64,000 bases of DNA from Methanobacteriota archaeon (GTDB taxonomy: Archaea; Thermoplasmatota; Poseidoniia; Poseidoniales; Poseidoniaceae): contig PBTA01000030.1 of the NCBI GenBank assembly GCA_002726395.1, positions 29,877-93,876 on the forward strand, given 5' to 3'. A program made the position numbers and the translations under genes. A model generated the notes under the pieces. It did no database searches. It saw nothing but the letters and a program-made list of their open reading frames with translations, and was not told where the DNA came from. Shown in pieces: positions 9,813-18,481 of the stretch; position 1 is the first letter of the stretch; each line of letters opens with the position of its first letter.

Positions 9813-10985
9813 TTGTCAACAAAACAATCAGTATTGGATAAATGGTTCCTTAGGCAGGATATTATCAATCAATTACTTGAATCAGGCGAGGAATCAGAAG
9901 ATGCGCTAAAGTTCGCTGAACGAATTATGCCAGTAGTTGAAGCAGAGGAATCCGAATACCAATCACTGGATGACCCATTTGACAGGTCGGTAGCCTTAGT
10001 ATTGTCATTGGTTAAAGACCAGGAACTAAACCCCTGGGACATAGATTTGTCCACTTTCTTGAAAGTATTTACTAAACGGGTTAGATCTGAATCCGATAAA
10101 CTGAATTTACCTGCATGTGGGCGTTTGATTAGGATGGCTTGGGAAGTTTTGAATCAACAAGCAATGGTGCTATTTGATAGAGTACAAAACATGGACCAAG
10201 AAGAGGATTGGGAGGATGAAATTGATTTTGGATGGGAGTCGGATTATGATGACCAGGATTATCTGTTTACTACTTCAATTCTAGAAGGGGATGTAGAACA
10301 ATTACTTCCATCATTGTTTGACGAAAGAATACGTCGAGACGAAGGTAGGCCAGTGACTTTAGGTGAACTTTTATCTGCCTTCAAAGATGCTGCAGAGGAC
10401 GCAGAAGAATTAAAAATTCGAGAAGAAAACAGGATTGCACATCAAGCAGAATTAGGTGACTATCTGAACAATGTTGGTAGTAGGATGCATAATGAAGATT
10501 TGGAAGGTGACATCTATAGATGCTGGTCAGCGCTTAGAAAGGCTTGTCAAAAATCGGGTTCAGCCAAAGTAAAAGTAATTCAGGTAATGGCTGAATTAAA
10601 TGATATCTTATTGGCTGAAAATGGTCATATTGAACAAGGCTATGAAGAAGAATCTAAAGTAGCATCATTCATAGCCAGCCTGTTTTTGACTCATCGAGGA
10701 TTTGCTCTAATAAGTCAAGATGAAGTACCCTATGGTGATATCATGTTAGAAGATTTATGGCCAGGGGTCACAGAGTTCAATGATATCAAGGAACTTATTG
10801 AGGATAAAAAGGAAGTTCAAAGCAACTCTTCAGAGAAAGAAGAGACAGGTTCAGTACAATTTGCCAAACGTCGAGCCGAAAAAATAAGAGCAAAAGAAGA
10901 GAAAGCGAGGAAACAATTCGAGCAAGAGCAAATCCAATCATCAGTGGAAGATGATTTGCCTGAGCATGATTGGTTGGTAGAGTAA
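9813..10985 (+). CDS. scpA: Kleisin ScpA (segregation and condensation protein A)
   Basis: LVKDQELNPWDIDL N-terminal kleisin motif, RPVTLGELL, C-terminal FIASLFL...ISQD..YGDI. Lies between smc and scpB; GAGGTGA RBS before a TTG start. Confidence 0.9.
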   Translation: MSTKQSVLDKWFLRQDIINQLLESGEESEDALKFAERIMPVVEAEESEYQSLDDPFDRSVALVLSLVKDQELNPWDIDLSTFLKVFTKRVRSESDKLNLPACGRLIRMAWEVLNQQAMVLFDRVQNMDQEEDWEDEIDFGWESDYDDQDYLFTTSILEGDVEQLLPSLFDERIRRDEGRPVTLGELLSAFKDAAEDAEELKIREENRIAHQAELGDYLNNVGSRMHNEDLEGDIYRCWSALRKACQKSGSAKVKVIQVMAELNDILLAENGHIEQGYEEESKVASFIASLFLTHRGFALISQDEVPYGDIMLEDLWPGVTEFNDIKELIEDKKEVQSNSSEKEETGSVQFAKRRAEKIRAKEEKARKQFEQEQIQSSVEDDLPEHDWLVE

Positions 10986-10997
10986 GGATTTGATTAC

Positions 10998-11603
10998 ATG
11001 TCAGAAATACAACTAGATACATTACTTGAAGCAACATTATTCGGCGCGGGTAGGTCGATGACAGTATCTGAGTTATGTCAGTCATTAGGCTATGATGAGG
11101 AGGAGATGTTGGATTGTTTATTCTCGCTACGTTCCACGCTCAAAAGGCGTCGCGGAGGAGCTCTACAAATCGCTGAAGTAGGTGACAGGTGGGCCATAGA
11201 AGTTAAGCCGGAAATTGCCACTCATTTGCCTAAGGGTGCTAAGACTGATCTGCCAAAAAAATTACTCAAAGCAGCATCTCTTATTGCTTACCATCAGCCA
11301 ATGTCACAATCAAGACTGGTTGAATTATTAGGTCAGAAGGCATATGATTATGTTAGAGAATTAGCTCAATATGGCATGATTGACCGTCGTAAGGACGGTA
11401 ACACCAGAAGATTAACGACCACCAGAAGATTCTCTGAAGCATTTGGTTGCCCTTATACCGACCGTAAAAAAGTCAAAGCATGGTTTAGAGAACAAGTTCA
11501 AAACACCGGTATTCTGGACGAATTAGAAACCAATGATGTGCTAAAAAGTGAAACTGAATATCAAGGGACTGTTCAAGGAACGTTACAATTTGAGGAAGAG
11601 TGA
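10998..11603 (+). CDS. scpB: ScpB (segregation and condensation protein B)
   Basis: LEATLFGAG, LIAYHQPM.QS.L, TT..F..AFG; tandem wHTH; follows scpA. Confidence 0.93.
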   Translation: MSEIQLDTLLEATLFGAGRSMTVSELCQSLGYDEEEMLDCLFSLRSTLKRRRGGALQIAEVGDRWAIEVKPEIATHLPKGAKTDLPKKLLKAASLIAYHQPMSQSRLVELLGQKAYDYVRELAQYGMIDRRKDGNTRRLTTTRRFSEAFGCPYTDRKKVKAWFREQVQNTGILDELETNDVLKSETEYQGTVQGTLQFEEE

Positions 11604-12944
11604 CTATTCATCTCTTAGTTCTTCTAATAATTTCTTGACAGCAGTTTGGGTTTTTGGACCATTTAGTGCTTGTAATCTTGAAGCAACAATTTCAATTTCT
11701 TCTCCCTCTGCGCCAGCGCTTACTGCCATGTTTCTAGAATGTAATTTCATATGTCCGGCCTGAATTCCGCTGGTTGCAAGGGCTCTAAGAGCACCAAGGT
11801 TTTGCGCCAAACCAGCAGCACAAATTATTCCAGCCAGTTCGTTTGCCGATTCAACTCCAAGTATGGCAAGATTAGCTTTTGCAGTTGGGTGGACTTTTGA
11901 TGCACCGCCAACGATTCCTACTGCCATTGGTGTCTCGATACTTCCAATTAAGTTTCCAGATTCATCCCTTGACCAATTGGTCATTGAAGTATAATGATTA
12001 CTTGAGTGTGATGCCCATGCATGGCATCCAGCTTCGATAGCACGCCAGTCTTGGCCACAGGCGACAGCAACGCTGCTTATTGCGTTCATAACGCCTTTAT
12101 TGTGTGTTGTTGCCCTAAACGGGTCACTTACAGCAAAATGATGCGCCTCAATAATTCCTTGAATAACATCAAGTCCATTTTCCCTGGTACCGTCATTGGC
12201 AATCTCTTCGGGAGTGAATGTGGCAGAAACTCTCGCTAATCTGTGGGCGGCTAGATTTGATAGTATCTTCAAATGCACCCTGCCTCCAGTCATTCTTTCA
12301 ATTTCCGGAGCAATCAATTCCGCCATTGTATTAACTGCATTAGCTCCCATAGCGTCTCTGCAATCAACAATAATGTGAAGAATTAGCATTGGGCCTGACA
12401 TGGTTTCGATGATCCTAGTTTCAATTCTCTTACAGCCGCCGCCCAACTTTATCATCATAGAAGGCAGACTATTGCATAAATTGATTATTTCATCCTTTTC
12501 TTGATGTATACTTTTCATAGCCATTTCAAGATCCTCCACATCTAAAATTTGTAATTGGCCAATCATTAGTGGCGCATCATTCTGTGTCCTAAATCCGCCG
12601 TTATCTAAGCATCTCTTGGCCATGTTTGAGGCTGCAGCAACTACACTGGATTCTTCAAGGCAAAATGGGATTAGGTAGTGCTTGCTATCAATGACAAAAT
12701 TAGTTGCAATGCCTACTGGCAATGACATGGTGCCAATGACATTCTCAATCATTCGATCCGCAGCATCATCGTCTAGTTCGCCATTATTGGCAAGTGCTGC
12801 AACATGTTCATCAGAGATGCCAGATAGATTTTGTACTAGCTTTCGCCGTTCTTCAACTGATAATTTGAAGAAACCACTCAATCGACTATTCTCTACAGGC
12901 ATGTCCTCACTATTGGTACCCATGGCGAGTCTGCAAATAAGCAA
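11604..12944 (-). CDS. mvaA: HMG-CoA reductase, class II (bacterial type)
   Basis: MIENVIG, EESSVVAAAS, DAMGANAVNT, ILSNLA, RATTHNKGVMN, GIQAGHMKLH. Probable start ATG 12923. Confidence 0.95.
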   Translation of the reverse strand: MLICRLAMGTNSEDMPVENSRLSGFFKLSVEERRKLVQNLSGISDEHVAALANNGELDDDAADRMIENVIGTMSLPVGIATNFVIDSKHYLIPFCLEESSVVAAASNMAKRCLDNGGFRTQNDAPLMIGQLQILDVEDLEMAMKSIHQEKDEIINLCNSLPSMMIKLGGGCKRIETRIIETMSGPMLILHIIVDCRDAMGANAVNTMAELIAPEIERMTGGRVHLKILSNLAAHRLARVSATFTPEEIANDGTRENGLDVIQGIIEAHHFAVSDPFRATTHNKGVMNAISSVAVACGQDWRAIEAGCHAWASHSSNHYTSMTNWSRDESGNLIGSIETPMAVGIVGGASKVHPTAKANLAILGVESANELAGIICAAGLAQNLGALRALATSGIQAGHMKLHSRNMAVSAGAEGEEIEIVASRLQALNGPKTQTAVKKLLEELRDE

Positions 12945-12963
12945 TGGGTTGTATGGATGTCAG

Positions 12964-13077
12964 TTTAACGGGTTTAACGCATTCATTAACGCGTTAATTA
13001 TATGTTAATTATACGTTAATTGGAGAAAATAATCTCACTGAATAAATCGATTGACGCATAATAACGGGTTTAATTGG
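12964..13077. repeat. Palindrome plus phased direct repeats in the divergent mvaA / AAA-wHTH intergenic region
   Basis: Perfect 14-bp palindrome ATTAACGCGTTAAT 12985-12998; GTTAATT at 12993, 13004, 13015 (11-bp period); TTAACG at 12965, 12974, 12986; TAACGGGTTTAA at 12966-12977 and 13062-13073. Confidence 0.8.
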
Positions 13078-13108
13078 TGCTAATTATGGTGAAATATCAA
13101 ATACCCTC

Positions 13109-14893
13109 TTGGTTGATGGTGCCAACATGCGTGTAGAAGGGTTACAATTTGAGATTCCTGAGTTAGCATACAATCCATTCTCAACAAGTCCATTGGAAAG
13201 TAATCAATCCAACCTTTATGTTGGCCGGCTAGGAGTAAGGGGAAGAATCTCCCAAAATATCAATTTTAGATCTAATCGTAGCATTTTAATGGTCGGCGAA
13301 CTAGGTAGCGGTAGAACATCTTTGCTTCGGTGTGCAGGCGAAGAGGCTCCAGTATACGTCCATATTGACCATATTTCGGCATCTAGACCGGATGAAAGCC
13401 TTCTACATCGTATGTATTCTAGCCTTGTTGGATATGATATACCAAAAAACTCGGTTGAACTAGTAAGTAAAATGGTTGATTTTTCTCGCTCTTTTAATAA
13501 TAAATTGCCACTTATTGTAATTGATACTCCAAATGTGGAGGGAAGCGTACTTTCTGTTGCACTTAGGGATGTATTACCGTCCTTAGAACGTCTACAGGCA
13601 GTAATTGTTGTAGTTGTAGAACCAAAACAGAGAATGAACATTCCAGATTATTTATTGAGTACATTTGCCAACGAAGTCAGTATTAACCCACTAACTGTAG
13701 ACGAAGTACAAGTATTGGTAGAACGGCGTATTTTATCGGTTACTAATCAGCCATTCAGTCTTAGCTTTGATGATGCTAAAATAATACATCAAAAAACCTC
13801 TGGAATGCCGATTAAAATCGTTAAATTCATGCGTGATGCAATAGACAACACGATGATGAACAACGTTGGAATTGATTTTTCGATTAAGAATGATGTTATA
13901 GAATCTCAGCCAGAAGTAACTCAAGACTTTGGATATGCCGAAGAAGAAACTAACTTAATAATTGATTCAATTGATGACCAAACAGTAATTGACGCATCTA
14001 TGCCATGGACTGAAAGAGATGAGTTAAGTGAACTAAGCTCGCAAATAGAAACTGCTGACCCGTTTGGTTTTGAGCTAGATTTAGACGAGTTGTCAGAATC
14101 TCAACAATTTGATGAAGAGGTTCAAGAACATACATTTTCAGCATTTCCTTCTAATGATGCTGCCATTACTGAAACAAAAAAACCACGCCCTCACATTGAT
14201 GCGGGAGCTTTTGGTGGACTGTTAGGGAGGACACGAGACTTTGCTGAAATTGAGGAGTCTGAACCAGACCATATGGTCAATGAAATGGAAACTCAGGGAG
14301 CAGAACTGTGGGTGTCCAAAGAGATGATTGAAGTAGAAGAAAAAATAGAATTTACTGCCGAAGACTCGGCAGAATTAATTCACGATGAGATCGGTATCGA
14401 GTCAAATGATGAACCGTTTGAATTGCCCCTAAATCAAACAATAGAGCGCGTAGAGGAATCTAACCATGGTCAAAATTTAGGAGTGTTGTCTAGTCAAATA
14501 GCCACATTATTGGCTCCGCTAATAAATAATAATATAATTTCAGGCGATTTTGATACAAGTTCCAATCGGTTCATAAGCGCATTAATGGGTATGTCAAATC
14601 AAAATTTTTCAGCCAAAACCGATTATCCATTAGACCCGTTGGCTCTTTCTTCATTAACCTCTAATGAATCATATGTTTTGTCAATTGCTAGATTAAGGAG
14701 ATATTCTCCTAGCGATAAAGAAATATTGACTCATCTGTCGATTAAAAGGCCTAGATTGTCACAAATAAGTAATAAGTTACTAAAATTAGGAATATTAAAT
14801 GTTAGAATGAAAGGCCGGAATCGCTATTTCGAACTTACCCAAGCAGCCAAAGCGCAATTAATTGCTTGGGGCATTATTGGAGGTGATGAATGA
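13109..14893 (+). CDS. AAA+ ATPase-like protein (degenerate Walker motifs) with acidic linker and C-terminal winged helix-turn-helix
   Basis: YNPFSTSPL...YVGR lead-in, GELGSGRT Walker A, LIVIDTP Walker B, TSGMP lid motif; very acidic middle; C-terminal SDKEILTHLSIKRPRLSQISNKLLKLGILNVRMKGRNRYFELT wHTH. Probable start ATG 13127. Confidence 0.75.
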   Translation: MVDGANMRVEGLQFEIPELAYNPFSTSPLESNQSNLYVGRLGVRGRISQNINFRSNRSILMVGELGSGRTSLLRCAGEEAPVYVHIDHISASRPDESLLHRMYSSLVGYDIPKNSVELVSKMVDFSRSFNNKLPLIVIDTPNVEGSVLSVALRDVLPSLERLQAVIVVVVEPKQRMNIPDYLLSTFANEVSINPLTVDEVQVLVERRILSVTNQPFSLSFDDAKIIHQKTSGMPIKIVKFMRDAIDNTMMNNVGIDFSIKNDVIESQPEVTQDFGYAEEETNLIIDSIDDQTVIDASMPWTERDELSELSSQIETADPFGFELDLDELSESQQFDEEVQEHTFSAFPSNDAAITETKKPRPHIDAGAFGGLLGRTRDFAEIEESEPDHMVNEMETQGAELWVSKEMIEVEEKIEFTAEDSAELIHDEIGIESNDEPFELPLNQTIERVEESNHGQNLGVLSSQIATLLAPLINNNIISGDFDTSSNRFISALMGMSNQNFSAKTDYPLDPLALSSLTSNESYVLSIARLRRYSPSDKEILTHLSIKRPRLSQISNKLLKLGILNVRMKGRNRYFELTQAAKAQLIAWGIIGGDE

Positions 14894-15939
14894 TGACTTG
14901 GAGTATTTCGTGGTCATGGCAAGCACCTTCTAGAATCTCATGTATTGCAGCAGTTGAAGGTGGAGTTGTAATAAGCAATGGTCTAGAGCTACATCTATTA
15001 GAATCAGATGGAAGTAAAAGGTGGTCAATTAAAACCCCATTCAAGGTTCATTCAATTTACTATAATAATGGGATTTTAGCAGCCTTAGCAGCACATGGCT
15101 TCTATGTAATATCAACTACTGATGGAAGTATGATTCATGATGGCAGGTCTACTTATGGTGGATTTAATGATGTCATGAGTAGGCCAGGTGGGGGTTGGAT
15201 TTTATCAGGCAAGGAAGGGCAATTGCACTTATTTTCTCATGAGGGAATTGGCATTAAAAGATTTGAAACAGGCAAGGTTAGAAGATTAGTCGGTTGGTTG
15301 GACAGAGAGCATATTCTATGGCAATCAGATGATGGTTTGTTGTGGTGTGGCCGATTAGGTAATAATTACGCAAAAAGGTGTTTAGAAGATCGCATCTGGA
15401 GTTGGGTTTCTCGATTAGATAGCGGGCGTCTGGTACTTCAGACAAGTTCTGGTGAGATTTGGGAAGGTATTCCCCATCCATTTGGCTGGGATCATATTGA
15501 AAAATTACAATCCGATTCTTTGGAACCAATGGAAGGGATTCGCTGTGGAGATGGATGGTGGATTCTAGGGATTGAAGGTTTACTGTACCATCTGTCAAAT
15601 TCATCCGATAGTGAAAGCAGTCAATTAGGTAATGAAATGAATTTAGGAGATTTATTGGCAAAAATTACCAATGATAGTATGGTTACTGCAACTAGAAATG
15701 GTTTAATTCGAATGTGGAAAGCACCTCACCTAGCAAACTCAGAGCGTGAGAGTCGTTACCAAGCAGCTGCTGAAGCCGCACTAGCAAGAGATTGGGAAGA
15801 ACGTAAAGCGATATTTATTAGAGCCCAACAATCAGAAACGGAAGGAAGATTATCTCTTGCTGTTGAATTATACCAATCATTAGGCAGACAAGAGGATGTC
15901 AAGCGTTTGTTAAAACGGCAGAAGGAGGATGGAGAATGA
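14890..15939 (+). CDS. Beta-propeller (PQQ/WD40-like) protein with C-terminal helical segment
   Basis: Repeated units of about 40 aa with Trp/Gly (DGSKRWS, GQLHLFSHEG, NGLIRMW); TPR-like helical tail; 4-nt overlap with upstream gene. Confidence 0.6.
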   Translation: MMTWSISWSWQAPSRISCIAAVEGGVVISNGLELHLLESDGSKRWSIKTPFKVHSIYYNNGILAALAAHGFYVISTTDGSMIHDGRSTYGGFNDVMSRPGGGWILSGKEGQLHLFSHEGIGIKRFETGKVRRLVGWLDREHILWQSDDGLLWCGRLGNNYAKRCLEDRIWSWVSRLDSGRLVLQTSSGEIWEGIPHPFGWDHIEKLQSDSLEPMEGIRCGDGWWILGIEGLLYHLSNSSDSESSQLGNEMNLGDLLAKITNDSMVTATRNGLIRMWKAPHLANSERESRYQAAAEAALARDWEERKAIFIRAQQSETEGRLSLAVELYQSLGRQEDVKRLLKRQKEDGE

Positions 15940-16235
15940 CCGATATTAACGACAAAATTAGCGAAGAAAAACTAACACATTATTTGAATTTGACCAAAGA
16001 AGCCCGTAAAAAGGCCACACCTATTCATGAAAAGGGTACTGAGCAAGATGATATGTTAGCAGTTTTGCTGAGGATGGCAGATGACTATACCAGTGATGCG
16101 CAGCATTTCATGAAAATAGGAGATTATATCAGAGCCTATGGGGCAATAAATTATGCCCATGCATGGATTGATGCAGGAGTTAAATTAAGGTTGTTAGATG
16201 GTCATGGGGATGACCGACTATTCACTCTGCCATAA
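15936..16235 (+). CDS. DUF357-family archaeal protein
   Basis: MA.DY.SDA.HF...GD...A.GAINYAHAWIDAG pattern; about 100 aa. Confidence 0.85.
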   Translation: MTDINDKISEEKLTHYLNLTKEARKKATPIHEKGTEQDDMLAVLLRMADDYTSDAQHFMKIGDYIRAYGAINYAHAWIDAGVKLRLLDGHGDDRLFTLP

Positions 16236-16240
16236 CCGTT

Positions 16241-16627
16241 CTATAGACCTTCTATCAAATTTAGATGGTTATTCTTAACCACTTCAACAACGTCAATACC
16301 AGATTTGAATAATCTTCTTTTTAGGTCTTTGTCCACTGTCAAAACAGCTAATTGATGATTAACTGCTAAATCATAGATAATATCGTCTGTGTGCCTTAAA
16401 TCATGTGAAATATGATTTATTTCATTTGACTTTTTGGCCAGAAGTTCTAGCAGCAAGGTGTTTTTTCTTGTCCGTTTAACACTTAATCTTTCTAGTTCTT
16501 CTGTTATTTCGGGTAGTAGTATTAATTCAAAATTGCCAAATAGATGTTCCAATTCTATTTCAAAATTAATCCCAGCATCAATTATGGCCACCCAGCCACA
16601 CGCATCGATAATGATTCGTTGAGTCAT
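16241..16627 (-). CDS. PIN-domain protein (Fcf1/Utp24-like)
   Basis: IIIDAC, ITEELE, TDDIIY, VLTVDKDLKRR; usual archaeal position after aIF2-gamma. Start moved to ATG 16627. Confidence 0.85.
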   Translation of the reverse strand: MTQRIIIDACGWVAIIDAGINFEIELEHLFGNFELILLPEITEELERLSVKRTRKNTLLLELLAKKSNEINHISHDLRHTDDIIYDLAVNHQLAVLTVDKDLKRRLFKSGIDVVEVVKNNHLNLIEGL

Positions 16628-16635
16628 TATACCGC

Positions 16636-17883
16636 CTATTGTATTATGCCGTATCCAATTAATCGCCAACGAGAACCGATTCTTCTTGAAAGTGAAACCC
16701 GTTCTCCAGAGTCAACACAGATTGGAAGCCTTAATTCTAAAGCAGTCCTTGTCTTTTCAGCGTTTCTGGTTACGCCAACAGATGTCGCAGTTGCTACATT
16801 AATCATCAACATTTCATTATTTCTTAGCGGTTGAATTTTTTCTGGTTTATCTTGATCTGAAGAAACCATTGATTCCATTAAGTGTACTGATATTTCTAAC
16901 GCAGACCTCACTTCAGGCAATTCGCCTTCTAGTGAGACCACTTGTCCCGATAAGTTATCTGAGGTGGTTATTGATGGGTCAAGTTTAGTGGCAAGCCCAC
17001 AAAGGCCTCCAGCATGCATTTTTTCTAACGCTATACCTCCACCTTGCATACTGGTAACAGTAGCAGAAATTGGTTCCCATCTAGTTTTAGATCCTTGTTC
17101 TATTTTTCTTCCAGGTCCAATAACAACCTTGTCACCAATTTTAAATTCGCCTCTAACAATACTACCACCAATCACTCCACCCAACAGCTTTGCTGGTCTG
17201 GTGCCCGGGCGATTAATGTCAAATGACCTTGCAACATGCATCAATGGCTTTTCTTTTTCATCCCGCTTTGGGGTTGGAATCGTGTTCTCTATGGCATCAA
17301 TAAGAATATCTAGATTAACATCATGGTGAGCAGACACAGGTATAATAGGTGCATTTTCTGCCACCGTGCCGCTCAAAAATTCCTTAATTTCTTGATGAGA
17401 TTCAATCGCACGCTCCCTACTGACTAGATCAATCTTATTTTGAACAACTACAATATTTTTTATCCCAGACATATTCAAAGCCATCAAATGCTCTCTAGTC
17501 TGAGGCTGGGGGCATTTTTCATTAGCAGCAACCATCAACATTGCGCCATCCATTATTGATGCGCCTGTTATCATGATTGCCATTAATGTCTCGTGCCCAG
17601 GTGCATCGACAAAGGACACAACTCTCTGTAAATCGTCAGGAGAATCTTTCTTACCTTCTGGATGTTTACCAGTAGCGTAGTAAGTGCCGTCACCAGTTTT
17701 GTAAAATGCAGTATCAGCATATCCAAGTTTAATCGATATACCTCTTTTCCTTTCTTCAGAGTGAGTGTCAGTCCAAACTCCGGAAAGAGCTTTTGTCAAA
17801 GTGGTTTTACCGTGATCTACGTGACCAACTAGTCCAATGTTTACAGTTGGCTGCTCGGGAAGTTTTCTCGCCATTCCCGTCAA
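16636..17883 (-). CDS. eif2g: Translation initiation factor aIF2 gamma subunit
   Basis: NIGLVGHVDHGKTT, RGISIKLGYA, FVDAPGHE, QNKID, RWRLIGYG. Confidence 0.97.
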   Translation of the reverse strand: MTGMARKLPEQPTVNIGLVGHVDHGKTTLTKALSGVWTDTHSEERKRGISIKLGYADTAFYKTGDGTYYATGKHPEGKKDSPDDLQRVVSFVDAPGHETLMAIMITGASIMDGAMLMVAANEKCPQPQTREHLMALNMSGIKNIVVVQNKIDLVSRERAIESHQEIKEFLSGTVAENAPIIPVSAHHDVNLDILIDAIENTIPTPKRDEKEKPLMHVARSFDINRPGTRPAKLLGGVIGGSIVRGEFKIGDKVVIGPGRKIEQGSKTRWEPISATVTSMQGGGIALEKMHAGGLCGLATKLDPSITTSDNLSGQVVSLEGELPEVRSALEISVHLMESMVSSDQDKPEKIQPLRNNEMLMINVATATSVGVTRNAEKTRTALELRLPICVDSGERVSLSRRIGSRWRLIGYGIIQ

Positions 17884-17910
17884 CCCCTACTACGAAAACC
17901 CTCTCGGGAT

Positions 17911-18402
17911 TCACTCCGATGTTTCCTCGCTTTCCGAAGCAAGAATGTCAGATAGTGCTTTCTTGCCAGACTCGATAACTTTGAGGTTAACTTGCCTAGT
18001 GTCTTGAGTAATAGTGTTGCCACGGAAGTTTCTACGCTTCCTTAGACCGTCTGGTTTGTAGCGGAATCGCTTCTTCTCTCCGCCTTTATTCTTGAATACT
18101 AAACTATGACCTTTGAAGCCAGTTGAAGCAGTAACTAGGATTGACTGGCGAGAGCCGCCTTCTAGATCTCTTCTAAGCGGAGTTCCAGTTTTGTCAGAGC
18201 CCCCAGTAATTTGTAGTTTGTAACCAGAAAGAGTTTGGTCACCTTCTCCGACAAAAATACCATCGACAACATCGCCAATTTTCTTGCCAAGTAATTGAGA
18301 GTGATTGTTACCACTTATTTTCACTGAATAGGCTTTGCCGTTACTCTTTGGGTTTGTGTCATTTACGACAGCAACGAGTTCTCCTTGTTGACCAGTAGCC
18401 AT
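17911..18402 (-). CDS. rps6e: 30S ribosomal protein S6e
   Basis: LLGKKIGD, GYKLQITGGSDKTGTP.R.D, GLRKRR..RGNTI..D..QVNLK. Start moved to ATG 18402 after a GAGG RBS. Confidence 0.95.
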   Translation of the reverse strand: MATGQQGELVAVVNDTNPKSNGKAYSVKISGNNHSQLLGKKIGDVVDGIFVGEGDQTLSGYKLQITGGSDKTGTPLRRDLEGGSRQSILVTASTGFKGHSLVFKNKGGEKKRFRYKPDGLRKRRNFRGNTITQDTRQVNLKVIESGKKALSDILASESEETSE

Positions 18403-18481
18403 ATTAACGCCTCTAAGACAGGTTGCCGAACAGTGACCTGTATTTATGCTCACCGCATAAACCGTTGACTAGAATTTGCCA

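Noticed and set aside
5907..11603. Wadjet/MksBEFG defence system
   Set aside because: Canonical full-length smc-scpA-scpB with no JetD/Toprim nuclease gene
11604..12944. Class II HMG-CoA reductase (and gyrase) as a novelty
   Set aside because: Both are already known in Thermoplasmatota and other euryarchaea
12961..13080. CRISPR array or dif site
   Set aside because: Units are 6-12 bp with no unique spacers, and no 11-6-11 inverted-arm arrangement fits
16241..16627. PIN protein as a VapC toxin
   Set aside because: No antitoxin gene; rps6e-eif2g-PIN is a conserved housekeeping arrangement
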